Source of the DNA: Macrostomum lignano
Lineage: Eukaryota
Direction of reading: 5' to 3'
DNA: 64,000 bases
Assembly: GCA_002269645.1 (NCBI GenBank)
Contig: NIVC01001519.1
Coordinates: forward strand, 62,001 to 126,000
This document shows positions 1 to 11,051 of this stretch, piece by piece (within the stretch, counting starts at the first letter, position 1; every line of letters begins with the position of its first letter). Under the pieces are notes generated by a model. The model worked only from the letters and a program-made list of their open reading frames with translations. It did not search any database and was not told the DNA's origin. The translations under genes were made by a program, and so were the position numbers.

Positions 1-420
1 TCTGATGATCACTCTGCCGCCCCTATCATAGCTCTGAGGATCACTCTGCCGCCCCTATCATAGCTCTGAGGATCACTCTGCCGCCCCTATCATAGCTCTG
101 AGGATCACTCTGCCGCCCCTATCATAGCTCTGAGGATCACTCTGCCGTCCCTATCATAGCTCTTAGGGTCACTCTGCCGCCCCTATCATAGCTCTTAGGG
201 TCACTCTGCCGCCCCTATCATAGCTCTTAGGGTCACTCTGCCCCCAACTATCATAGCTCTTAGGGTCACTCTGCCGCCCCTATCATAGCTCTTAGGGTCA
301 CTCTGCCCCCAACTATCTCAGCTCTGAGGGTCACTCTGTCCCCAACTATACCAGCTGTGAGGGTCACTCTGACCCCCAATTATCCCAGCTCCGGGGGTCA
401 CTCTGCCGTCAACTATCGCG
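1..420. repeat. Intronic minisatellite, 32-bp unit
   Basis: Tandem CTCTGAGGATCACTCTGCCGCCCCTATCATAG (later copies with TTAGGGTCAC), degenerating just before the acceptor at 468. Confidence 0.95.
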
Positions 421-468
421 TATTAACAATCCCAGGACCTGAATTAAATCAATCCATCTGCATTCCAG

Positions 469-705
469 CGCCTGGCCCTGGGCAATTCCATCGGCAAAGT
501 GCAACTATTCGACTTGGACGCGCCGGACATTTTCGATATGCGGCCAGCAACGCTGAACGTCACTAAAGGCCAAGGCGCAGTCAGGCAGACCTGCTTTAGC
601 CGCGACGGATCGACACTACTGTGCGTCTGCGACTTCGGCCTGGTTGTACGATTCGATCTGGACAAGCAGAGCGCCGCTGCCGCCGCGACAGCTGCTGCCA
701 AATAG
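469..705 (+). CDS. EED: Terminal exon of Polycomb protein EED/ESC (WD40, PRC2 subunit); upstream exons lie outside the window
   Basis: After ttccag (467-468) it reads RLALGNSIGKVQLFDL...GAVRQTCFSRDGSTLLCVCDFGLVVRFD, matching the EED C-terminus as recalled (LALGNQVGKLYVWDL...[28 protein letters not shown]). Stop TAG at 703-705. Confidence 0.85.
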   Translation, partial: RLALGNSIGKVQLFDLDAPDIFDMRPATLNVTKGQGAVRQTCFSRDGSTLLCVCDFGLVVRFDLDKQSAAAAATAAAK

Positions 706-1315
706 GAGCCGAATGCAGTAGTCACGTGAGCTAATGCTGAAATTGACATGTGGTGCATGTATAGTATCTATGTATATAGTTGCATGTACAAGTTTATTGT
801 CAAAAAGTTTCTATTTCTCAATTAACGAAATAAAGCAGCTATCTGCAGGCTTCATTATCTAAGTCTTTCTTCTCGCTAGTGAAACTACTCAATTTTAATT
901 TAATTAGATAAAAGCGACTGTAGGGTCAATTCATTCGCGTTTCGCCGCTGAGAAAGGTTTATGCGCACTAATCCGGTGTTTTTGCTCACTAAGTAGATAC
1001 CGTGTGTCTGCAATTCGTGTGTTCGCAATTCCCTTGGTAGTTTTTTAACTTTGGTAACTAATTTACCGGCTGGAATATTTCTGCCAAAATACAATGATTA
1101 GCAATACTTAGTATATTTGTCTATTAATAAGTTGTGCTAAAATACTTTTCTTCAATTCTGTTGTCTCATTTATTTTAAATTTAATATTTTTTGTGTTTGA
1201 TTGTGTAATATAATTTACGGTATTCGAATTCACAGTTAGACACCGTGACTAATCACTGGATTCACGTTAAGAAGTATCAATAACATTAAAAATCATGACC
1301 TGCGTGTAATGAGAT

Positions 1316-1833
1316 CCGCCTGGAGTCTCCCCCTCGGATACAAGCCTTCCAGACTCACTCCAAAATAGAGCTGGGTAGTGAAAAGCCTTGAGGCTCGAGA
1401 CCTACAGTAGGCTAGTGCTGTATAGGATCGCTCCTGGTAATTAGCTGCCCAGACTCGCTCCAATAGTTTAAGCCATTTCCGTAGGTTTAGGAGTAACTCC
1501 TCACTCGGACCGCTTTCTTAGTAGTATTCCAAGCATTTCGCTCTCCAATTTTTCTGCGCACTCCCAAAGACTCGCTGGCTGGGGGGTGGCCTGGGTGGAC
1601 TCGGTCCTAGCACCGTCCCTGATTCCACTGTTTGGGTTGGCGGTGTCTTGTACCGTAGGTTTGGGTCAACTCGCCCACCCGCGCTTTGAGCTGGGTCCAA
1701 TCCCAATGCATCCATGGGGTATCTCGGGCCCTGGACAGTTAATGCCTTGGCCCCTGGTAGTGCCCCTCAGCGGCAGAGCCCACCCCGGGCTGATCCGCGG
1801 GTAGCAAAGCTTCCCACCCTCGTTTAACAACAA
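1316..1833 (+). mobile_element. Dispersed repeat, truncated copy of the element at 26637-27519 (opposite orientation)
   Basis: Long near-identical blocks to the reverse complement of 26637-27110, e.g. GAGTCTCCCCCTCGGA..AAGCCTTCCAGACTCACTCCAAAATAGAGCTGGGTAGTGAAAAGCCTTGAGGCTCGAG. Ends in TTTAACAACAA. Confidence 0.8.
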
Positions 1834-2737
1834 TGAGATGCAGCTAACTGCCGGGGCATATTCTGTGGAGGCGGTCAGCCAAAGCAGATGCAAGCTATTC
1901 CATAGCCCATACCCAGTATTTTACACGTACATTACAATTCACACGAACAGCTGATATCCATTTTATACAATTCTGATAGTATAACTAATTTCAAATTATA
2001 CTTGTTTTACTGACATTAAACATTCTCAGCCACAGAGTCCACGCTACAGCGACTATTCAAAGGCAAAAATTCAGATTACGTGCATACATGTACTATGCAT
2101 CTACAAGAAAAGAAACTAACAATACACCTAGTCCAGCCCTAGCAGTAGAGTTTTGTGGCGCATATCTTTGCTGTTTTGTTTAAGGCTTAAAGCTTTTTGC
2201 TAATTTTATTCGTTATAACTGTGGGTTAAAAGATTTTGTTAAACTTGCTAAGATATAAATAACTCGTTTTAACTTCATTCAGTGAATGCCGAATTTTTGG
2301 CCACGTCGATCGATTTCTATAAATCATGCTCATTCCTCTAAATTTGATTAAAACTGTATAAAATACTGTAAAGTGTAGCCAAATACAAAGTAAATCTGCA
2401 TTTTTTAGGTTTAATCTAGATTATAAAGGTTTTTTTTTCAACGCAAACAGCACCGAGGCACAGACTTTCTAGTACGAGTTTCGCGGTACACATCTTGATA
2501 TTTTTAGAAGCGGTAGAGTTCGTAGATATTATAAACCATCCAGTAGGCCTACACTAGCATATGTCTAGATAGAAGTCAAAGTGGATTCTACAGTATTTTA
2601 TCATCTGGACGATCACTGCTAATTATACACTAGTTTTATAGTAAATAATAGTGCCTAGGATAGGATAAATCGAATACGACTTTTATTATCCAATCCAGCT
2701 ATACTATCTTAAGGACCTAGCTAGCCCTTAATCAGCA

Positions 2738-5700
2738 ATGATTCTACTAACTATGATTGCGCGAGTGTCTGATGGTCTGCCATTGGCTGCTTCAATTCAC
2801 AATGAAGAGGTATGATAAAAAATATAAAGACATTAAATATTTTTAATTTCATTGGCAAATTGCCAATTTTAGTTAAATCAACTGCAAGAAGTGGTACCAA
2901 AATCTTGTCTTAGGTAACTTAAGTCTAGTCTAGACTATGCATAGATCTTTTTAATATAATATCAAGTTAGTGCTTAGTAAGGCCTAAATAATATAATTAA
3001 TATAGGCCTATATGGCTATAAGCCTATTTTGTTTGTATAATCATACATGCGCAACAGTCGGCCGAGTCGGCCGATCTGGCCGACCGATTTGGCGGCCAAC
3101 CAAGGAAGTCGCAAAAATGCCCACCCGAAAAAATAATCAAGTAGTAGTACTAAGTAGCTGACGAGGCATTTTGGCTTAATAAGACAGTCATAGTTACTCC
3201 TGCCGTTTACCCAAAGTTGCGTTAATTTTGCTTTAGGGTTTTTTTACATGTAAGTCGCATTTTTGGCCAAAAACTACGTCGCATTTTTGTTAAAACTAAG
3301 TCGCATGGCCGACCGAATTTCAGAGGTTGCGCATGTATGTGTATAATCATATAATATAAATGCTAATTTTGCTAAATCAGTTTTTTTTTGGTATATAAAT
3401 GTTGCAAAAATATAATTTGTGTAATATAATATTTTTCAACATGTAATTAAACATTTTGTCAACTAATATTTCCTCAATTAGGCCTAGTAGTTTGTTAATT
3501 AGCCATTGTTTGTTAGATACTATTATATTATAAAAAACCTATGGCAAAAACATCAGTCTTAAAACAAAAAACCTTACCTATTTACTACTTTTGATTGATT
3601 GAAAATTAATTGTTAATCTTTAATAAATATTACTTAATATTAAATACCAAGGCCTAGTATTTAATCATTATAGAACATAAAAATTGCCTATAAGCAAATT
3701 GCCCACCAAGTTTTTTTCCTACTAAGGTTTGCCTTTTGCCTACAATGCTTTTTCCTATAGCATATTAGGCAGCTAGATTTTGTCTACATTCCTCTCCTCC
3801 TAATTCTTAATAAGCCCTATTGAGTACTGTCTAAGTCTTAAAGAGATTTAGAAGACAAAGCGATATAGCAAATGCATGAATTAATAGCTTATCAATGTAC
3901 TCTCACATATATATAGAACTAAATACCTACAAAAAATCTGAATTTGAATCATTTGATATGCAGTTATTATCAAAATGTTTTGATTGAGTAAATTTTTTTA
4001 TTAAGACTTATTAAGCATTGGAAGATAATATAGACAAAATCTAATATGTGCCTAAATGTGCTATAGGAAAAAACATTGTAGGCAAACTATAGCAAGAAAA
4101 ATCTCTGTGGGTAATTCACTTGCAAGCTAATTGCACTACAGGCAAATCTTAGTAGACAAATCTCAATGCGCAATTTTCCCATAGGCAAAATGCACTGCAG
4201 GAAAATCTTGATGAAAAAAGCTTTATAGAGAAATCTTGATGGTCATATCTCCTGCAGGAAAATCTTAGCTAGCAATTCATTTATGGGCAATATAAGCCCT
4301 ATTGGAATAAGTGGATAGTAGGCATCTAATGGTCTGTCACATTTTCATAATTTTCCAATTAATTGCCTTGTCATCTAATTAGTAATATGCCTATATTTGG
4401 TGCAAAAGTTAACATGTTCTATGTTAATTTTTTTGAGCTTTTTGAGCTACAATTTTAGACCCCATGTTGTATGTCTGCAGGTTTTTTACATTTATTCCAT
4501 TAGGGTATATAAACTAAAGGTTTTTTTCAATAGCATTAACAAGTATAGCAAAAAAGTTACAAAAGATTGGGAAAGAAATAAATCAAATTAATACTTATGT
4601 TTTGAAGCGGAAGGCCTTAATTAGTTCAATAGATGTAATGGCAGCGAAGATTTTGCGCTGCTTTGCGTGTATATTTATATTTACACAAATAGCGCAATAT
4701 TGAGAGGCCTAGGGAGGTGCAAAAAGGTGGCGTGATAGGCTATGCCAACCCCCTCCCCCCCCGGCTTAGCAAGCCAGCTTGCTTGGTGCACACCTACCCC
4801 ACCTCAGCTAGACAAAGGTTGGGGGGTTTCCAGTGTGGCTGCACTGGTGCTGCCGGTTGCGTACAGTCTGGCTGCCACAATATGCAATAATTTATAAATA
4901 TAACTTAAATAATGAAATCAAAAAGTAAAAAGTTGTTACATTCCTGGATCATTATTATAAGCAAAACATTAATTATGCACATAGGTAAATTTAATTTGTA
5001 ATCTCAAAACTTCTTGTCAGTCTTATATTTTGGTTCTTTGTTTTTTGGTCTTATTGATATTGCCATTAATGCTAACAATGACTTTGTTTACTTATAAAAT
5101 GAATAATGCAAATTCATTTATCCACCATAAACTGTAAAAAACTTATTCTGTAATAGGCAGTCTGTTACTATTAATAAAAATATTACTATTTATTAACACC
5201 TGTTAATGGTATAATGCTTTGGTCCCTTATTAATAGACTAGTGCCCAATATTACAACCAACTTACTTAAAAATTTCAAATAATGCTTAAAGTGTTGCACC
5301 AATGTTGCAAGCATAGTCAAACCATTTCTTGGAGCTATGGCAATCAAGTCTATCCTTACTATCCTTGATGTCATTTTGATAAACAGGGTATCTTGAAGCT
5401 TGCTAATGCCTACTAGGCATTTTGTGCTTTGAGGTTACATTGTATAGTTACAAAAACATTATATACCATTGAGTATCAATTTTGTAAAAAGTTATTTTCT
5501 AGGAATGTACACATTTTAAACAAATTTTACATCACATCATTACTTCTTTTACTAGTGCAGCTATAATGAATTTGTCAAGTTGCCATAATGTCTGGTTAAC
5601 AAAATGCCAGTGGATGAAATTTCCTAGAACCAGCCTAAATATGAGTATACTTTTTTGTTTTTAAATTGTAAGCTCTTTGTAAAATGAAACTAAACAATAC

Positions 5701-7456
5701 ACTGGGGCCTACTAGACTATAAAGTACTATGATCACTGACTTATAACTTTATTGAACCATTGAGTAAAATGGAAAATGATATTTTTATCTTGCATATTTT
5801 TGCTTTATACCTTAATTACTTTATAATATAACATTTAAAAAATCAATACCAACAAGCTATTTAAGGTAATATAATGGTATCATTAGTTTATGTTCATTAG
5901 AGTCAATAGTTATGCAAGGACAGTAGGTTAAGTCTAAAAGTAGCATTGTTTTGTTAATTTTTCTACCAGAACCATATATTTATTTATGTACACATTATAG
6001 GTGTGTTTCTGATAATTTACTACTCAATTTTCAAGAAAATTTTCATTCATATTTAAACTTCTTAATCTCATCTCTAACAGACTGCTCCCAACATGCCAGA
6101 GTACCAGAGCAAAGCCAAAAAATTGTTTCGCCGATTGAATTCTACTTCACCATCAAGGTGCAGTCTGGAATCTGGTGCCTACACATTCCAGTAAGTTCTT
6201 GTACCCCTCACACTGATCTAGTGATCTTTGATAGCTAATCTAAGAAACTGCAAATCTTGTATTATTATTATTATTATTAAATGCCTACACGAGGGGTTGC
6301 TGATTTTTTTTTTTCTGATATTATTTAAGCCAAACTAATGAATATACAATCAACAAAATTGTAAATAAATACAAAATTAGCTCGTTTTGTCTTATTTTTA
6401 AAATTCTGCCTCTAACTTGACCTTTAGAGGCTTCAATGACCCCATTTAATCTTCGTGTCATCAGCCTTGGTCACCATTGAGCTCCTTGACCCCATATTAC
6501 CCCAGAACTTTGATCACTACTGAGTTCCGTGACCCCATGTGACCCCTAACCTTCAATCACTACTGAGCTCCATGACCCCATATGACCCCTGACTTTGATC
6601 ACTACTAAACTCCGTGACCCCATATGAACCCTGACTTTGATCACTGCTGACCTGCGTGACCCCATATAACCCCTGACCTTTGATCACTACTGAACTCCGT
6701 GACCCTAAATGACCCCTGACTTTGATCACTACTGAACTCCGTGACCCTAAATGACCCCTGACTTTGATCACTACTGAACTCCGTGACCCCATATGAACCC
6801 TGACTTGGATCACTACTGACCTGCGTGACCCCATATGACCCCTGACCTTTGATCACTACTGAACTCCGTGACCCTAAATGACCCCTGACCTTTGATCACT
6901 GCTGAGCTCCGTGACCCCATATGACCCCTGACCTTTGATCACTACTGACCTCCGTGACCCCATATGACCTCTGGCCTATTTGAACAGCTACCAGATCGAC
7001 TCGGGAGTCTGCTACCTGGCCCTTGCCGGTTGCAATTTCTCCAAACGCCTGGCCTTCTCCTACCTGGACGATCTCCGTCGCGAATTCGCCAACCAATTCG
7101 ACACCGTCCGGGTGGACTCGGTGGCCCGGCCCTACCATTTCATAGAATTCGAGCAGTACATCAAGAAGGCTCGCCGCTCATTTGTTGACAGCCGGGCCAA
7201 CCGCAATCTGGCCATGCTGGGCGCCGAGCTGCAGGACGTCCAACGGATTATGGTAGAAAATATGGACGAAGTGCTGGCCAGGGGCGAGTCCTTAGCAACG
7301 CTGGACGACAAGGCTAGCCACCTGTCGTTGCTGTCGCGCAGGTATCGCGACGATGCAGCGTATTTGAATTTGCGCTCGGTTTACGCCAGATACGGCATAG
7401 CCTGCGTTGTCATTTTGATGCTGTTCTGCTACATCTACTTCAAATTCCTGTGGTAG
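2738..7456 (+). CDS. SEC22B: Vesicle-trafficking R-SNARE SEC22b; exons 2738-2809, 6081-6190, 6988-7456 (216 aa)
   Basis: MILLTMIARVSDGLPLAASIHNEE | TAPNMPEYQSKAKKLFRRLNSTSPSRCSLESGAYTFH | YQIDSGVCYLAL...ELQDVQRIMVENMDEVLARGESL...C-terminal TM. Longin + SNARE + TM; GT-AG introns in phases 0 and 2 join in frame (651 nt). Confidence 0.95.
3042..3339. mobile_element. MITE with 14-bp TIRs and 8-bp TSD (hAT/P-type), in SEC22B intron 1
   Basis: TIR CATACATGCGCAAC (3042-3055) and GTTGCGCATGTATG (3326-3339); both flanks read TGTATAAT (3034-3041, 3340-3347). Confidence 0.85.
3149..3212 (-). other. Degenerate 28S rRNA fragment (helix 68-71, R2/I-PpoI target region) inside the MITE
   Basis: Minus strand GGGTAAACGGCAGGAGTAACTATGACTGTCTTATTAAGCCAAAATGCCTCGTCAGCTACTTAGT vs the conserved LSU sequence GGGTAAACGGCGGGAGTAACTATGACTCTCTTAAGGTAGCCAAATGCCTCGTCATCTAATTAGT (recalled). 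Confidence 0.85.
3690..4330. repeat. AT-rich inverted/degenerate repeat region (foldback-like)
   Basis: GCCTACAATGCTTTTTCCTATAGCA (3738-3762) is the reverse complement, with one mismatch, of TGCTATAGGAAAAAACATTGTAGGC (4059-4083). Degenerate GCAAAT/AAATCT subrepeats on either side. Confidence 0.55.
4361..4383 (+). other. Short 28S helix 70-71-like fragment
   Basis: AATTGCCTTGTCATCTAATTAGT vs LSU AAATGCCTCGTCATCTAATTAGT (2 mismatches in 23 nt). Confidence 0.5.
6480..6972. repeat. Intronic minisatellite, ~42-bp unit, abutting the SEC22B exon 3 acceptor
   Basis: Tandem TTTGATCACTACTGAACTCCGTGACCCTAAATGACCCCTGAC variants. Confidence 0.95.
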
Positions 7457-7506
7457 GCAAAGTTTGAAAACTAATGAGGTGCCGAAGCAATCGACTATTT
7501 AATTCC

Positions 7507-7533
7507 AGTCATAGTTACTCTTACTGTTTACCC
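7507..7533 (-). other. Degenerate 28S helix 68-69 fragment in the SEC22B 3' UTR region
   Basis: + strand AGTCATAGTTACTCTTACTGTTTACCC vs antisense LSU AGTCATAGTTACTCCCGCCGTTTACCC; preceded by AATTCC, as in the copy at 13324. Confidence 0.6.
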
Positions 7534-8029
7534 AATTAGGAAAATGCAGAAATAAGAATATAGAATGACCTGACCTGATTTTCTGAGAAATTTCTGAGAA
7601 ACTGAGTTACTGACCTGAGCCAGGCGTTGGCTTAGTTGTTGATTGATTCGATTCCCGTCTTTCTTGAACAACATTCCGTGCCTTTTAATTTTTTGTGCTA
7701 TTTTCATTGGTATTCTTCTATGACAGGTGATTTTTCGCTTTTTTGATTTGCATAATATTAGCCTTTTTTATGTAATTTGCAAAATTACGTCTTATCGAAC
7801 GGTGCTTTTCTGCAAGAGTAATTGCCTTGCTTAACTATCTTTGGCAATACAAACAGTTCATCAACGACTGTTAGTTTTTATCCTTTGAAACTTTTGTAGG
7901 TGAATTGTTTATTTTTATTACAGTCCTGTTAGACATTAGAAATCCTGTTCGATATTATACATCCTGTTAGATATAAATACTGTTTGACAGTATAAATCTT
8001 TTTAGACAGTCGAGATCCTGTTAGATATG

Positions 8030-8944
8030 CAGTAGGAACCCTGTTAGACAGTAGGAACCCTGTTAGACAGTAGAAATACTGTTAAACAGTAGGAACCCTG
8101 TTAGACAGTAGGAACCCTGTTGGACAGTAGAAATCCTGTTAGACAGTAGGAACCCTGTTAGACAATAGGAACCCTGTTAGACAATAGGAACCCTGTTAGA
8201 CAATAGGAACCCTGTTAGACAATAGGAACCCTGTTAGACAATAGGAACCCTGTTAGACAATAGGAACCCTGTTAGACAGTAGGAACCCTGTTAGACAGTA
8301 GGAACCCTGTTAGACAGTAGGAACCCTGTTAGACAGTAGGAACCCTGTTAGACAATAGGAACCCTGTTAGACAGTAGGAACCCTGTTAGACAGTAGGAAC
8401 CCTGTTAGACAGTAGGAACCCTGTTAGACAATAGGAACCCTGTTAGACAATAGGAACCCTGTTAGACAGTAGGAACCCTGTTAGACAGTAGGAACCCTGT
8501 TAGACAGTAGGAACCCTGTTAGACAGTAGGAACCCTGTTAGACAGTAGGAACCCTGTTAGACAGTAGGAACCCTGTTAGACAGTAGGAACCCTGTTAGAC
8601 AGTAGAAATCCTGTTAGACAGTAGGAACCCTGTTAGACAGTAGGAACCCTGTTAGACAGTAGGAACCCTGTTAGACAGTAGAAATCCTGTTAGACAGTAG
8701 GAACCCTGTTAGACAGTAGGAACCCTGTTAGACAGTAGGAACCCTGTTAGACAGTAGAAATCCTGTTAGACAGTAGGAACCCTGTTAGACAGTAGGAACC
8801 CTGTTAGACAGTAGGAACCCTGTTAGACAGTAGGAACCCTGTTAGACAGTAGGAACCCTGTTAGACAGTAGAAATCCTGTTAGACAGTAGGAACCCTGTT
8901 AGACAGTAGGAACCCTGTTAGACAGTAGGAACCCTGTTAGACAG
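8030..8944. repeat. Minisatellite, 19-bp unit
   Basis: Tandem CAGTAGGAACCCTGTTAGA, about 48 copies. Confidence 0.97.
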
Positions 8945-9584
8945 GTCATCCTGTTATAGAGAAGAATGCAAGAAACGTTGTTAGACCTTTTTAGAAGATC
9001 CTTCTTTTAAACAGACTGTAATAAAGCGGGGTTTAGCAGAAGGGCTGAAAGCTTTTAGGATTTGGCTGGTATCACATCTATCTTTATCCAATACTCTATA
9101 TGCATTCCACTTGGATATCTTTTGCAATAAACAAGTCGAATACAGCAAATGGATTGCTAAATTATTTAATTTGCGCCACGTCGGGAACCTGCATGAGTCT
9201 GGAACTATATAATATTGAATAGTATGAAGATTTTGTGTTCAGAGTCTAGTCTCGATGACCTTGGGGCGTCAACTACTTAGCTTTATAATCCGAGCACTAT
9301 ATTATATCGAGCAGATTCTTTATGAGTATCAACTATCGTTTCTGTATGCCCAGATCGCAGCTCTCAGAGCGGCACTGTGTGTTTTATTCGACTGCTGCTC
9401 CATGCGCTCTCTCCATTCCTCTTCCTCTCAGCTGCTGGGTGCGCACTTCTAGCTAGAGTCTCACTTGTTTATCAGGCTATGGATCCCTTGCCTTATAATT
9501 GAATTTAAAAGTACTTTTCCTGTTTGTAAGTTGGGAGTGACTTTTTGTACAGCTGTACAGTTGAGGCCGTTTGAATTTGGGCCT

Positions 9585-10760
9585 AACTGTTAGATAGGTT
9601 ATGAATAACTGTTATATAGGATGTTGATAACTGTTAGATAGGGTGTTGAAAACTGTTAGATAGGGTGTTGATAACTGTTAGATAGGGTGTTGAAAACTGT
9701 TAGATAGGGTGTTGAAAACTGTTAGATAGGGTGTTGATAACTGTTAGATAGGGTGTTGAAAACTGTTAGATAGGGTGTGATACATGTTAGATAGGGTGTT
9801 GATAACTGTTAGATAGGATGTTGAAAACTGTTAGATAGGATGTTGATAACTGTTAGATATGATGCTGATAACTGTTAGATAGGGTGTGATACATGTTAGA
9901 TAGGGTGTTGATAACTGTTAGATAGGGTGTTGATAACTGTTAGATAGGATGTTGCTAACTGTTAGATAGGGTGTTGATAACTGTTAGATAGGGTGTTGAT
10001 AACTGTTAGATAGGGTGTTGATAACTGTTAGATAGGGTGTTGATAACTGTTAGATAGGGTGTTGATAACTGTTAGATAGGATGTTGATAACTGTTAGATA
10101 GGATGTTGCTAACTGTTAGATAAGGGTTTTGATAACTGTTAGATAGGGTGTTGATAACTGTTAGATAGGATGTTGCTAACTGTTAGATAGGGTTTTGATA
10201 ACTGTTAGATAGGATGTTGATAACTGTTAGATAGGATGTTGATAACTGTTAGATAGGGTGTTGATAACTGTTAGATAGGATGTTGCTAACTGTTAGATAG
10301 GGTTTTGATAACTGTTAGATAGGGTGTTGATAACTGTTAGATAGGATGTTGCTAACTGTTAGATAGGGTGTTGATAACTGTTAGATAGGGTGTTGATAAC
10401 TGTTAGATAGGGTGTTGATAACTGTTAGATAGGATGTTGCTAACTGTTAGATAGGGTGTTGCTAACTGTTGGATAGGGTGTTGATAACTGTTAGATAGGA
10501 TGTTGCTAACTGTTAGATAGGGTTTTGATAACTGTTAGATAGGGTGTTGATAACTGTTAGATAGGATGTTGCTAACTGTTAGATAGGGTGTTGATAACTG
10601 TTAGATAGGATGTTGCTAACTGTTAGATAGGGTGTTGATAACTGTTAGATAGGATGTTGCTAACTGTTAGATAGGGTGTTGAAAACTGTTAGATAGGATA
10701 TTGATAACTGTTAGATATGATGCTGATAACTGTTAGATATGATGTTGATAACTGTTAGAT
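9585..10760. repeat. Minisatellite, 22-bp unit
   Basis: Tandem GATAACTGTTAGATAGGGTGTT variants; shares the CTGTTAGA core with the 19-bp array. Confidence 0.97.
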
Positions 10761-11051
10761 AGATGTTGATGATGCTAGATATAGTAACATTTCGAAAAAT
10801 TCACAAAGCCCAACTCTGCACACTTGATAAGAAAAAGACAATTATATTCTTTTCAGCTACGTCAGCGGCCGCAGCAGCAACAGTGGCGGCAGCGGCAGCA
10901 GAAGCAGCAGACGTTGGCTGCTTAGACTGCCAATAAAATTTTAAAAATCGTCAGTGCTATTCTTTTGTACTTGTGCTTACCTTGTATACTTTTGCCAGCT
11001 TTGGTTTAGTCCTGTAGTCCTGTATTTCTGATTAATCGATTCGAACTCGAG

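Noticed and set aside
180-340. TTAGGG telomeric repeats
   Set aside because: These are single TTAGGG occurrences inside longer minisatellite units, not tandem telomeric arrays.
3149-3212. Functional rRNA gene, or box C/D snoRNAs guiding H69-H71 modification
   Set aside because: Only 23-64 nt of degenerate LSU sequence is present, and no C (RUGAUGA) and D (CUGA) boxes are correctly placed around the antisense blocks.
8030-10760. Regular short repeats as a CRISPR array
   Set aside because: The units are head-to-tail with no unique spacers, there are no cas genes, and the context is eukaryotic. The same applies to every other array in the window.
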